Of a stretch of 64,000 nt of DNA, positions 18,742 to 28,501 are shown piece after piece. The stretch lies in IMG/VR virus record IMGVR_UViG_3300028840_003717; one strand, written 5' to 3'. The notes under the pieces are model-generated. The model had not been told where the DNA came from, searched no databases, and was given only the letters and a program-made list of their open reading frames with translations. How positions within the stretch are numbered: position 1 is the stretch's first letter; every line of letters begins with the position of its first letter. The stretch comes from a virus. Position numbers and translations under genes: made by a program.

Positions 18742-19947
18742 ATGGGAACCAAGCAACGTGAGACCAGGGTCCTGACGGACAGCCTCCTGAAGGCCGTCCG
18801 TCGGTGTCCCCGGCTGTATTGGCTCCGCTACACCAGGGAGCTGGTCCCGGTCCGGACGGCCGTCCCGTTGGTGTGGGGGACCCTGGGCCATCTCCTGGTG
18901 GGCAAGCTCTATGAGCTGGCCAGGGACAACACCCCGGCGGAGGCCAAGGTGATGGCCCCCAAGGCCGTGGTGGCCACGGCGGATCAGTGGCTGGAGCGGA
19001 TGGTCCAGGAGGCCCGGGAGGTCATGGCCTCCAAGGCGTTCGGCCTGGACGGGAACCTGGAGGCGGAGACCCATGAGGCGGCCTCCAAGATGAGGGAGGA
19101 GGCCCTGTCCGTGGTGACCCACTACATGGGCTCCACGTGGCTGGAGGACCTGGACCGGTGGGAGGTCCTGTTGGTGGAGGTCCCGTTCCAGGTCCCCCTC
19201 CCGGACGCCCTGGATCGCCGTCACCCGTGGTGGGTGTTCCGCGGCAAGATCGATCTGGTGGCCAGGGAGCGGGACACCGGCCTGGTGGTGATGGCGGACC
19301 ACAAGTTCACCAGCCGGGAGGCGGAGGGCTACGCGGCGGAGCTGGACACGGACACACAGCCACAGGGCTATCTCTACGCGGGGACCGTCCTGGCCACCAC
19401 CCCAGCCCATCTCCGGCGGCCCGGGGACGCCCCGGACTGGCCTCCGGTGACACCGGCCCCGTCCCGGTTCGTCCACAACATCATCCGGCGGACGGCCCCG
19501 GCGGAGCCTCCCCTCCTCAAAGGCCGGAAGAAGCCTACCCTGTCACAGGCCCGGACCCTGGTGACCACGGAGGCCCTATACCGGAAGGCCCTGGACCGTC
19601 ACGGCCTGGACCCGGAGCCCTACCAGGAGACACTGGACCGGCTCCGGAAGGCCCCCCATGCCTTCGTCTATCGCCGGTCCCCCAACATCGGCCCGGAGGA
19701 GCTGGTCCGGTGGGCCAGGGAGGCCCTGGTCACGGCCCGGACGGTGGCCAAGGTGGAGCGGGACGGAGACCAGGCGGCCGTCCGCCATGAGGGGACGTGC
19801 CGACAGATCGCCAAACGGTGTCCCTACATCCCCCTGTGTTGGGGCCAGGAGGAGGCGGCCCTTGTTCACTTCCGTCATGAGGTCCGCCACGTGGAGCTGG
19901 AGCCGGAGGAGGACCCCCCGGAGGCGGAGGGTGGTCATGGGTGGTAG
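18742..19947 (+). CDS. PD-(D/E)XK exonuclease (AddB/Cas4-like, probable Fe-S cluster)
   Basis: RRCPRLYWL; GTLGH; GKIDLVAR..ADHKFT; Q..GYLYA; C-terminal C..CPYIPLC. Confidence 0.85.
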   Translation: MGTKQRETRVLTDSLLKAVRRCPRLYWLRYTRELVPVRTAVPLVWGTLGHLLVGKLYELARDNTPAEAKVMAPKAVVATADQWLERMVQEAREVMASKAFGLDGNLEAETHEAASKMREEALSVVTHYMGSTWLEDLDRWEVLLVEVPFQVPLPDALDRRHPWWVFRGKIDLVARERDTGLVVMADHKFTSREAEGYAAELDTDTQPQGYLYAGTVLATTPAHLRRPGDAPDWPPVTPAPSRFVHNIIRRTAPAEPPLLKGRKKPTLSQARTLVTTEALYRKALDRHGLDPEPYQETLDRLRKAPHAFVYRRSPNIGPEELVRWAREALVTARTVAKVERDGDQAAVRHEGTCRQIAKRCPYIPLCWGQEEAALVHFRHEVRHVELEPEEDPPEAEGGHGW

Positions 19948-20306
19948 GCCCAGGGACACGGCCCACGGCCGGGAGCTGGTGATGGTGGTATGGATGGAGC
20001 CTGGAGCCCAGGCCGTCTCCACCCTGGCCTACCACAACGGCAAGGGCCTGGTGAGGGTCTACCTCCGGGACCTCTATGACCCCAGGCTGGACGCGGGACG
20101 GGACGCCCCCCCTCCCCTACCAGGCCACGGCCCTGGACGCCCTCCTGTGGATGGGCCGTCACCGTGGGGACCAGCTCCAGGTCCCCCTCCGTGTGGGGGT
20201 GGAGCTGGGGTGGGGCCGGGGGGAGATGGCCCAGGAACCCGGATTCGTGCCGCGAGAAGCGGCCCAGGAGGCCCGGGGGGGACCGTCCGAGGGCCAAGAC
20301 ACGTGA
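19937..20306 (+). pseudogene. Hypothetical gene with an apparent frameshift at a C7 run (20106-20112)
   Basis: Genome-typical codon usage moves from the 19937 frame to the +1 frame exactly at the C run. Confidence 0.5.
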
Positions 20307-20415
20307 GATTCTTTCGGCCGTTAGGAGGCGTCCTGGCGGCCTAGAAAAAGGAACGCAGCGAAAACAAGGACTTACGAAGGGGGCTAAGGCCCCCACGAAA
20401 GGCAAGGTGGAGACG

Positions 20416-21405
20416 ATGGGAATCCTTCAACGTGTGGTCAAGGCCCAGGAGATCAAGGGCCAGGACCGTCTCAAAATCCTGGTCTACGGCCTGTCCGGAT
20501 CGGGCAAGTCCAGCCTGGCCGGGACCTCCGGCCTCATGGACGCCATGGGCCGTGTGGGTGAGGACCGGGACCCCGACCTGGGCCGTATGCTCTATGCCTG
20601 GACGGAGGCCAACGGCAAGCTGTCCGTGAGCCGGCTGGGGACGGACTGTGACATGGTTCACATCAAGTCCGTGGACGATCTCCGGGACCTCCTGACGGAG
20701 CTGAAGGCCGGCAAGCCGGACAAGGACGGCCTGGTCCACGGCTACCACACCCTGGTCCTGGACAGCCTGACGGAGCTTCAACGGCTCATCATGGATCAGT
20801 ACAAGGACCGGAGCGGCGGCAAGGCCAAGGACTCCATCTCCATTGCACAGTGGGGGGAGATCATCGATCGGACCCTTCAGATGGTCCGGTCATTCCGGGA
20901 CCTCCCCCTCCACATCATCGTCACGGCCCTGGCGGCGGAGACCGTGGTGGATGAGTCCGCGGATGAGAAGCGGCGGATGGTCCGGCCGGAGGTCAAGGGC
21001 CGGTCCCTCCCGTCCGAGCTGGCCCAATTCTTCCACGTGGTGGGCTATTCATTCCGCCGGCTCCGGGAGGGGATGGCGGACTACAGGGTCCTCCTGGAGG
21101 GCCGTGAGGACTTCCTGACCAAGCCGTGTCCCGGCCTGGCTTACCAGGAGGTCCCGGACTTCCCCTACATGGTCCGGACGGTCATCCACGGTGAGGCCCC
21201 CAGGGACCCCAAGGCCAGGACGGCCCAGGTCCCTGGACTGGCCCCCCCGGTGGAGCCGGAGGCGGAGGTGGACGCGGAGGCGGAGGCGGCCCCGGAGGAG
21301 ACCCCGGAGCCGGAGACCAAGGACAAGGCCAAGGCCGGCAAGGCCAAGGCCACGAAGAACGGCAAGGCGGCCGGCAAGGACAAGGCCGGCAAGTCCGGTA
21401 AGTGA
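20416..21405 (+). CDS. AAA_24 / Sak4-like P-loop ATPase
   Basis: KILVYGLSGSGKSSLA; TLVLDSLTELQ; QWGEI; HIIVTALA; FFHVVGY. Confidence 0.85.
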   Translation: MGILQRVVKAQEIKGQDRLKILVYGLSGSGKSSLAGTSGLMDAMGRVGEDRDPDLGRMLYAWTEANGKLSVSRLGTDCDMVHIKSVDDLRDLLTELKAGKPDKDGLVHGYHTLVLDSLTELQRLIMDQYKDRSGGKAKDSISIAQWGEIIDRTLQMVRSFRDLPLHIIVTALAAETVVDESADEKRRMVRPEVKGRSLPSELAQFFHVVGYSFRRLREGMADYRVLLEGREDFLTKPCPGLAYQEVPDFPYMVRTVIHGEAPRDPKARTAQVPGLAPPVEPEAEVDAEAEAAPEETPEPETKDKAKAGKAKATKNGKAAGKDKAGKSGK

Positions 21406-21424
21406 TCGGACGGAGGGTAGAGAC

Positions 21425-22000
21425 ATGGCGGATTATTCCAACTTCGACTGGACCCAACATGATGACGGTGAGGGTGGCGGCGGCCTGGTCCCGCCGGGTG
21501 ACTACCTGGTGGCCGTGAAGGGGTTCAAGAGGGTCCAACGCGGCCGGGACACTCACCTGGACTTCCGGATGGCCATCCTGGTGGCCGTCACCGTGAACGA
21601 GCTGGAGGCCGGTGAGGTGGTGTCCGGGAGCTTCTTTGAGACCGTGGTCCTGGCGGACCGCGGGATCTGGAAACTGGTGGAGATCTTCAAGGCCCTCCAG
21701 GCCCCCACCACCATCAACCTCAACTCGGACGGTGAGCTGGCCAAGGCCACCAAGTCCAAGCCGTTCCTGGCCTCCATCTATCAGGACGAATACAACGGGA
21801 AAACCCGGAACAAGATGGACCACGCCCTGGTGATGACCCCCCAGGCCAAGGCCCTGGTGGACACGGCCATGGAGGCCCTGGGCTCCGGCTCCAACGGTGG
21901 GGGCCACGGTGGGGGCTATGACCCCGGTGACCCCGGGGTGGAGGACCGGGCCGGCTCCGGTGGCAGAGGGGGCTACACGGACGATGACGTCCCTTTTTGA
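21425..22000 (+). CDS. ssDNA-binding protein (DUF669-like)
   Basis: LVPPGDYLVAV N-terminal motif, Gly-rich linker, acidic tail DDDVPF; follows the AAA_24 gene. Confidence 0.8.
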   Translation: MADYSNFDWTQHDDGEGGGGLVPPGDYLVAVKGFKRVQRGRDTHLDFRMAILVAVTVNELEAGEVVSGSFFETVVLADRGIWKLVEIFKALQAPTTINLNSDGELAKATKSKPFLASIYQDEYNGKTRNKMDHALVMTPQAKALVDTAMEALGSGSNGGGHGGGYDPGDPGVEDRAGSGGRGGYTDDDVPF

Positions 22001-22044
22001 TCGGTAGTTTCTCCCGTCACACCACGGTGTGATAGGCTGGTGAC

Positions 22045-22617
22045 ATGGGACATTCTCACGGAATACGTTGGTCCACGGAGCTGATCCTAAAAACCCTATC
22101 TCCCATCGTTGAGGAGCTGGGGAGGATGCCTTCGACGGCGGAGCTACAGGACCGCGGACGGAATGACTTGGCCTGTGTCATCTCCCGGCGGGGAGGCTTT
22201 CGATCGTGGGCCTCCGTCCTTGGGGTTCAACTCAAAGGGACGGAGACCCACAGGGCCATGGAGGTGGAGGACATGGTGGAGTCCAAACTGGTGGGAGCTG
22301 GATTCAAGGTCCAGCGACAGACCACCAGGGCTCCCTATGACCTCCTGGTCAACGGTCACAGGGTGGACGTCAAGTCCGCCAGGCCGGGGGTCTACGGGAA
22401 GGGTCGCGGACACCGTCACAGGTATGTGGGGTGGATGTTTCACCTGGCCAAGGTCCCGGCCACGTGTGACCACTATTTCCTGGTGTGTCAGGACAAGGAC
22501 GGTGAGGTGGTCCGGAGCTACGTTGTCCCGGCCGATGAGGCCAGGGTGACCATGCTGACCATCACACCGGACGGAAAGTATGAGAGGTTCAGGGACGCCC
22601 TGGACCTATTGACGTGA
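22045..22617 (+). CDS. Putative free-standing endonuclease (N-terminal homing-endonuclease-associated repeat plus PD-(D/E)XK domain)
   Basis: ELGRMPSTAEL..GGFRSWASVLG repeat; YDLLVNGHRVDVKS nuclease motif. Confidence 0.7.
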   Translation: MGHSHGIRWSTELILKTLSPIVEELGRMPSTAELQDRGRNDLACVISRRGGFRSWASVLGVQLKGTETHRAMEVEDMVESKLVGAGFKVQRQTTRAPYDLLVNGHRVDVKSARPGVYGKGRGHRHRYVGWMFHLAKVPATCDHYFLVCQDKDGEVVRSYVVPADEARVTMLTITPDGKYERFRDALDLLT

Positions 22618-22660
22618 TGTGTTGGTTGGGGCCTGGGGGCCGGGGTTATTTGGCGACAGA

Positions 22661-22689
22661 TTGACGGACCGGCTCCCGGCCTCTACCAT
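22661..22689 (+). promoter_or_regulatory. Sigma70-type promoter TTGACG-17bp-TACCAT upstream of the replication genes
   Basis: Near-consensus hexamers with exact 17 bp spacing. Confidence 0.7.
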
Positions 22690-22723
22690 CACAGGGCTGT
22701 GGTCAGGACGACGACAAATACAC

Positions 22724-22761
22724 GAAAGCCCCGGGTGGCCACCAACCGGCCCGGGGCTTTC
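22724..22761 (+). other. 12-bp stem hairpin GAAAGCCCCGGG..CCCGGGGCTTTC in the leader of the replication gene
   Basis: Perfect inverted repeat; could be a terminator/attenuator or a binding site. Confidence 0.6.
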
Positions 22762-22852
22762 ATAAGGGATCTCCGATGGGCAAGAGTAGCAACACCACCC
22801 TGTATGTCAACCCGCTACCTCTAACCACACGGTCCCACAATGGGGTCATGTG

Positions 22853-23890
22853 ATGGCAAGGTGGTTGGATAGCTCACAGGCTAGGAAACTTCTGGAGGCA
22901 AGCAAGGCGGCCCATACAGTGGCCCTCCACCTGATCGGCTGGGGGACTATCACGGGGTCCCTTCGTCAGCTACGGGAGATCCATCCGGCCTCCAACGCTG
23001 GGGACCAGGCTGTCCTGTCCGTCCTGACGGAGCTGGAGGAGCTGGGCCTGGTGGAGCTGGCGGAGGACCGTGGACGCTACACGGTTCAGTGGAGGTCCCC
23101 GGAGGCTGACCTCCCCCTCCCCCCATACCCCCCTCCCTCTCTTTCTAAGGACCCTCCGGGTCCTCCTCCCTCCGGGTCCTACGGACCCTCCGGTCAGGGT
23201 GTAGGGGTCTCCCCTGTTCGGGGAGACCAGGCGGAGGCGGCCCTCCAGGGGACCGGACAAGGTGGCCCCCAGGAGGGGACCAACAAGCCCCCACAGCTTG
23301 GCCTCCCCGGCCTGGTCAAGGACAAGCCCACCCCCAGGAAACGCAAGCTGACCAAGGGTCAGGCCCAATGGGCCAGGACGGACAAGCTGGTCCGCCTGTG
23401 GGTGAGCCGGACGGGGCGGCCGGAGTCGGACGTCAAGGTCACACCCTACCGGATCAAGCTGGTCCGGGACCGGATGGCGGAGGGCTACACGTGGGAGGAG
23501 CTGGCCATGGCCGTGGCGGGGATCGCCTACTCCCCGTGGCACAGGGACCACGGCAAGGACCTGTTTGAGCTGGCCGTGGGTGAGGGCCAGGTGGACAAGG
23601 CCAAGGGCCTGTGGTGGAGCCACGCCCCGGTGGAGGTGGTGAGGGACTACCAGGAACGGACAGGCCACACCCCCCCGGCCAGGGAGGCGGACCTCCAGGC
23701 GGCGGACCGGGAGGACCAGGTAGAGGAGGCGGACAGGGAGCGATGGACCAGGACCTCACGGGAGGCGGCCAAGCTCCAGGACACCAGGCGGAGACAGGAG
23801 GAGGCCCAGGCGGCGGAGTCCGCCAGGTGGGCCGGTGTGTTCACGGACGATGACCAGGGGGACAAGGACCAGGAGGCGGCTGAATGTTGA
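22853..23890 (+). CDS. Putative replication initiator / helicase loader
   Basis: N-terminal wHTH-like segment, Pro-rich linker, C-terminal domain (RIKLVRDRMAEGYTWEEL); overlaps the primase-helicase start. Confidence 0.55.
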   Translation: MARWLDSSQARKLLEASKAAHTVALHLIGWGTITGSLRQLREIHPASNAGDQAVLSVLTELEELGLVELAEDRGRYTVQWRSPEADLPLPPYPPPSLSKDPPGPPPSGSYGPSGQGVGVSPVRGDQAEAALQGTGQGGPQEGTNKPPQLGLPGLVKDKPTPRKRKLTKGQAQWARTDKLVRLWVSRTGRPESDVKVTPYRIKLVRDRMAEGYTWEELAMAVAGIAYSPWHRDHGKDLFELAVGEGQVDKAKGLWWSHAPVEVVRDYQERTGHTPPAREADLQAADREDQVEEADRERWTRTSREAAKLQDTRRRQEEAQAAESARWAGVFTDDDQGDKDQEAAEC

Positions 23891-25755
23891 CGGAGCTGGC
23901 GGAGTATCTGCGGGACAAGGGATGGCGGACCAAGGAACGGGGCCGCCATGTGGTCCTCCTGGACCCGTGTCCGTGGTGTGGTGGCAAGGGGAAACTGTCA
24001 TTCATGGCGGAGCGGGGGACCTGGCGTTGTGTCAAGTGTGATGAGTCCGGGAACGTCTTGACCATGAGGCGGAGGCTGGGGGACCTGGAGGAGACCGTCA
24101 AGCCCCTCCATGGGTTCTACTACGGCCCCCAGGACGCCAGCTCCGCCGGCAAGCCCACCGGCTCCCGGCCCCCCAAGGGCCTGGTGGAGAAGTGCCAGGC
24201 CAAGCTCCAGGAGGACCCGGACGCCCTGGACTACCTCATGGGCCAACGCGGCCTCACGATGGAGACGATCCAACACTTCCGCCTGGGGAAGGCTGAAAAG
24301 AACGGGGTCCGCTACCTGGTGATCCCTCATGTCCAACGGGGCCAGGTGGTCAACGTCAAATACCGGACCCTCCCCCCGGCGGAAAAGAGCTTCGCTAGGT
24401 GGCCGGGGTGTCCCTCCGTCCTGTTCAATGGGGACGCCCTCCTGGAGCTGGCCGGCAAGCCGGCCCGGGAACGGGTGGTCACGGTGTGTGAGGGTGAGAC
24501 GGACGCCATGGCCCTCCACCAGGTGGGCCTCCCCCACGTGGTGTCCTCCACGGCCGGAGCTGGAGCCTGGCCGGAGGAGTGGTTGGGCCTCCTGGAGCCG
24601 GCCACCACCATCCTCCTGGCGTATGACTCGGATGAGGCCGGTGAGCTGGGGGCGGAGAAGGCGGCGGCCACCCTGGGCCGTTGGCGTTGCAAGCGGATCA
24701 CCCCCAGGCTTCACGACTTCAACGACATGATCGCGGCCGGGATGGGACGCCAGGAGGTGGACCAGTGTGTCCTCAAGGCCCGGGAGTATGGGGACGACAC
24801 CATCCGGACCCTGTCCAGCCTGGCGGATGAGATGGTGGCCAGGCTCCAGGGGGAGCGTCCCCGTGGCCGGCCCACCGGGTGGCTGGAGCTGGACGTCATC
24901 CTGGGGGGGCTCCGGGACGGGGAGTTGACCGTGGTGACGGGTGACACAGGGAGCGGAAAGTCCACGTGGACCACGGCCTTGGCCCTCCACCAGCTCCAAC
25001 AGGGAGCCGGTGTCCTCATCGCCCCCTTTGAGCAACGGCCTTGGGAGGTCATGTCCAAGATGGTGTCCATGTCCTCCGGCCGATCGGTCTATGACATGGC
25101 CCAGGACCAGGTGGAGGGTGGCCTCCAGAAGATCCTGGGCCTCCCCTGCTACCTCCTGGACAAGCATGGACCCACCCCACTCCCGGTCATCCGGGACGCG
25201 ATCTACCACTCCCGCCATAGGTTCGGTGTGGAGATGGTGATCCTGGACCACCTCCACTATCTCCTGGGGGCCGGGGTGGACGATGAGCGGAAGGCCATTG
25301 ACGCGGCCGTCCGGGAGATCAAGGGCTGGACGGTGGACCTGGGGGTCCATGTCCTCCTGGTGGTCCATCCGGCCAAGCTGGAGCTGGACCCCAGGACGGG
25401 GGCCGTCCGAAAGCCCTCCCTCAATGATCTGAAGGGGGCCAGCTCCATCAAACAGGAGGCGGACAACGGGATCAGGGTGTGGCGACACAGGGACCCGGAC
25501 ACCCTGGAGGACCAGGGCCTGGCGGAGATCGCGGTCCTGAAGTGCCGATCGCCGGCCGGGACGGAGGGGGCCATGTGGGCCTACTTTGAGTCCGGGGCGG
25601 AACGCTACACGGGAGGAGCCCAGCCACCCCGTCCGCCACGGCGGCGGAGGCGGAAGGCCAAGGCCCAGGAGGAGGAGGCCCCCCAGGCCCCGGCCGGCAA
25701 GGACGCGGCGGCCGGTGAGGGCCAGGAGGATGACGGGTGGATGGACGCCTACTAG
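23884..25755 (+). CDS. DNA primase-helicase (T7 gp4/Twinkle-like)
   Basis: Zn finger CPWC..CVKC; TOPRIM VCEGETDA and LAYDSDEAG; helicase GDTGSGKST, ILDHLH, VVHP, DLKGASSIKQEADN. Confidence 0.92.
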   Translation: MLTELAEYLRDKGWRTKERGRHVVLLDPCPWCGGKGKLSFMAERGTWRCVKCDESGNVLTMRRRLGDLEETVKPLHGFYYGPQDASSAGKPTGSRPPKGLVEKCQAKLQEDPDALDYLMGQRGLTMETIQHFRLGKAEKNGVRYLVIPHVQRGQVVNVKYRTLPPAEKSFARWPGCPSVLFNGDALLELAGKPARERVVTVCEGETDAMALHQVGLPHVVSSTAGAGAWPEEWLGLLEPATTILLAYDSDEAGELGAEKAAATLGRWRCKRITPRLHDFNDMIAAGMGRQEVDQCVLKAREYGDDTIRTLSSLADEMVARLQGERPRGRPTGWLELDVILGGLRDGELTVVTGDTGSGKSTWTTALALHQLQQGAGVLIAPFEQRPWEVMSKMVSMSSGRSVYDMAQDQVEGGLQKILGLPCYLLDKHGPTPLPVIRDAIYHSRHRFGVEMVILDHLHYLLGAGVDDERKAIDAAVREIKGWTVDLGVHVLLVVHPAKLELDPRTGAVRKPSLNDLKGASSIKQEADNGIRVWRHRDPDTLEDQGLAEIAVLKCRSPAGTEGAMWAYFESGAERYTGGAQPPRPPRRRRRKAKAQEEEAPQAPAGKDAAAGEGQEDDGWMDAY

Positions 25756-25798
25756 CCGTCCAGGCGGCCCGTAGAGGCCCCCAAGGTAGAGGAGACCC

Positions 25799-26479
25799 AT
25801 GGCAAGGCGGAAACAAACCAAGGCCCCCAGGAGGCCGTCAGGCGGCAATGGTGACGGATTCCAGCTCACCCCCCTGGGGGAGCCCAACGATGAGAACCCG
25901 TTCGGGGAGCCGGAGGCCAAGCCCAAGCCCAGGAGGCGGACCTCCAAGCCCAAGGCCCAGGAGGCCAAGCCTACCCCCAACACATCCCCCAAGGACCACT
26001 GGCCAGCTCCCCTCCACACGGAGCTGGAGTGTCCGGCCTGTGGGGCCGTGGTGTTCCTGGACAGCCTCCCCGGCGGAGGGGACCTGTGGCTGGAGCGTCA
26101 ACGTAGGATCATCGTGTTCGCCGGACCCTACACGGACCACCCCTACACGGACCCGGAGACGGGGGAGGAGGGTGTGGCCCAGCTCCCCGTCCAGGGGATG
26201 ACCCTGTGGGAGGAGGGGACCAACCGGCTGGTCCTGGGCCGGCCAGCCACGGAGGAGGAGCGGGACCACTTCAAGGCCCATCGGTCCCTGGACGGGGTGG
26301 TCCCCTGGACCATCGGCCATGAGGGTCACCTGGCCCGGTGTCCCCGGCTGGACAGGTGGATGTCCGGGGCGGCCCACCTCCGGAGGGCCAGCCTGGACGT
26401 CACCAGGGACGGCCGGTCCTACTACCGGCTGTCCATGCCACAGGCGGACGCGGCGGCCAGGGAGGAGGCCAGCCCATGA
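25799..26479 (+). CDS. Hypothetical protein (CPAC..H..RC, possible zinc binding)
   Basis: AGGTAGAG start motif; ATGA overlap with the next gene. Confidence 0.65.
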   Translation: MARRKQTKAPRRPSGGNGDGFQLTPLGEPNDENPFGEPEAKPKPRRRTSKPKAQEAKPTPNTSPKDHWPAPLHTELECPACGAVVFLDSLPGGGDLWLERQRRIIVFAGPYTDHPYTDPETGEEGVAQLPVQGMTLWEEGTNRLVLGRPATEEERDHFKAHRSLDGVVPWTIGHEGHLARCPRLDRWMSGAAHLRRASLDVTRDGRSYYRLSMPQADAAAREEASP

Positions 26480-27051
26480 CGGTCCGGACCACAGTCCCTC
26501 CCCTCATCCTGTCCGTGGACCCCGGCTCCACCTCCGGGTGGGCCATGTATCGCCCTGGTGAGGACAGCTACACCCTCCACAGGTTCGGCCTGGTCCGGGA
26601 GACAACCGGGGCCAAGGCGGCCAGGATCATCCGGAGGGCCATCAAGGCCAGGCCGGACGATGAGGTCCCCGTCCTGCTGGTCATCGAACGCCAATACATT
26701 CCACGGCCCGATCAGGCCGGACGATCTGACAAGGTCCTGTCATCGGCGGCCCTGGAGGGCCTGTTCATGAACAGGGCCAGGTGGCAAGTGGTGGCGGAGC
26801 TGTTGGCCCTGGAGGTGGACGTCCACGGGGTCAAGCCCCAACAGTGGCAAACCCCGATCATTGGAGCCGGCCGTGGCGTCAAGCGGAAGGAACGGAAGCG
26901 GAGGGCCAAGGCCGTGGCGTCCAGCTACTTCCCGGGGGCCGTGTTCACGAACGATGAGGCGGACGCGGTCCTCATGGGCCTCCATGAGGCCAGGCTCCAG
27001 GTCTTGGCCATCTCCAGGGAGGGCCATCCGCTCAAAGGGGAGCGGCTGTAA
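26476..27051 (+). CDS. RuvC-like Holliday junction resolvase
   Basis: ILSVDPGSTSGWA, VIERQY, PQQWQ, DEADAVLMG. Confidence 0.85.
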   Translation: MTVRTTVPPLILSVDPGSTSGWAMYRPGEDSYTLHRFGLVRETTGAKAARIIRRAIKARPDDEVPVLLVIERQYIPRPDQAGRSDKVLSSAALEGLFMNRARWQVVAELLALEVDVHGVKPQQWQTPIIGAGRGVKRKERKRRAKAVASSYFPGAVFTNDEADAVLMGLHEARLQVLAISREGHPLKGERL

Positions 27052-27085
27052 TGCTATGCTCCCCCCCTTTGAGAGGAGGTCCACG

Positions 27086-27847
27086 ATGACCATCAAGCGG
27101 AACATCATCACCATCCTGGCCGGCCTTGTAGTGACCATGGCCCTGGGGATCGCCATTATCGTGGCGGCCCAGGTGGTGTCCTGTCCTGTCCACGCGGAGG
27201 AGGCTCCGCCGGTGACGGAGGATGATGACCTGGAGCTGAACGCGGACCCACCGTGGGACATGGAGGCCAGGGCGGCCGTCATCCGGGCGGAGGAGGCGGC
27301 CAAGCTCCAGGCCAGGGTGGAGGCTAGCCGGACAGCTCCGGAGCCTCCTGACCCCCTCCTGGACGCCCTGACGGCCGGGGTGATCAAGCTCCAGCCCTAC
27401 CTCTACGGGGAGGGGAGTCCGGAGGCCAGGAGGCTGGCGGCCCTCATCCGTCGCCAGGCGGAGGCTCACCAGGTGAGTCCGTGGCTGGCCCTGGCCGTGG
27501 CCAGGAGGGAGTCCAGCCTCCACCCCAGGGTTGGACGCGGCCACCAGGTGGGGACCCTGGGGGAGGTGGGATACTTCCAAGTGATTCCAGGTGGAGCGGC
27601 GGAGCGGACGTGTGGACGTGGCTGTGACCAGGCGGAGCCGGAGTGTAACGCCAGGACGGCCATGTGTTGGCTGGCCCACAGCCGGACGGAATGTGGGACG
27701 GACCCATGGGTCTACGTGGGGGCCTATGGGCGGAGACGGTGTCCACGGAACGCGGCGGAGGCCAGGAGATGGCCGGAGGTCCGCCGGGCCAGGGGGTTCC
27801 TGTGTGAGGCCATGGGGGCCTCCTGTGTGACCACCTGGCCGGAGTAG
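27086..27847 (+). CDS. Membrane-anchored lytic transglycosylase (SLT domain)
   Basis: N-terminal TM helix; LALAVARRESSL..GEVGYFQV catalytic motif. Confidence 0.8.
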   Translation: MTIKRNIITILAGLVVTMALGIAIIVAAQVVSCPVHAEEAPPVTEDDDLELNADPPWDMEARAAVIRAEEAAKLQARVEASRTAPEPPDPLLDALTAGVIKLQPYLYGEGSPEARRLAALIRRQAEAHQVSPWLALAVARRESSLHPRVGRGHQVGTLGEVGYFQVIPGGAAERTCGRGCDQAEPECNARTAMCWLAHSRTECGTDPWVYVGAYGRRRCPRNAAEARRWPEVRRARGFLCEAMGASCVTTWPE

Positions 27848-27866
27848 ATGGAGCGGAGGTAGAGGC

Positions 27867-28499
27867 ATGGCGAAGGACAAGGCCAAGGCCAAGGACAAGG
27901 CCAAGCCGGACTCACAGTCCAAGCAAGCGGCGGCCAAGACCAAGGCGGCCAAGGGTGGCGGCAAGGCCAAGGCCCCGGCCAAGAAGCGGGGGACCAAGGT
28001 CCCGGCGGCCAAGGCCCCGGCCCCGGCCAAGAAGGGGAACGCCAAGGCCAAGCCCAAGGACCCACCCCCCACGGCGGAGGAGCTGAGGGAGGAGGCGGAG
28101 GAGCTGAGGGAGGCCGTGGCCAACCTCCAGCCGGCGGAGGCCAAGGCCCTCCTGGACAAGATCGTCCCGGCCCGGGAGGAGATAGACGTCCTGAAGGCGG
28201 AACGGGCGGAGGAGGTGGGCAAGATCACGGCCTCCATCACGGCCGTCCGGGGACAGATCGATCGCAAGCTGGAACACGTCAAGGCCGGCCAGGACGATCA
28301 CCGTCACAAGGTCACCCCGGAGCAAGCGATCGCCGTCATCGATCGCCATTGGCGAAAGCTGGGGGTCCTGGAGGATGAGCGGGACAAGCTCCGGAAGTCC
28401 TACAACAAGCGGATCAAGGCGGCGGAGAAACGCTACAGGGACGCCCTGGACGGTATCCGTCAACGAGAGCTACCGTTTGGGGAGGAGGAGGCGGCCTGA
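27867..28499 (+). CDS. Hypothetical protein with histone H1-like Lys/Ala tail and coiled coil
   Basis: AKDKAKAKDK..AKAPA repeats; ends with QRELPF. Confidence 0.7.
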   Translation: MAKDKAKAKDKAKPDSQSKQAAAKTKAAKGGGKAKAPAKKRGTKVPAAKAPAPAKKGNAKAKPKDPPPTAEELREEAEELREAVANLQPAEAKALLDKIVPAREEIDVLKAERAEEVGKITASITAVRGQIDRKLEHVKAGQDDHRHKVTPEQAIAVIDRHWRKLGVLEDERDKLRKSYNKRIKAAEKRYRDALDGIRQRELPFGEEEAA

Positions 28500-28501
28500 C
28501 G

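Noticed and set aside
18742-19947. Cas4 of a CRISPR system
   Set aside because: The context (AAA_24 ATPase plus SSB) is a standard phage recombination module.
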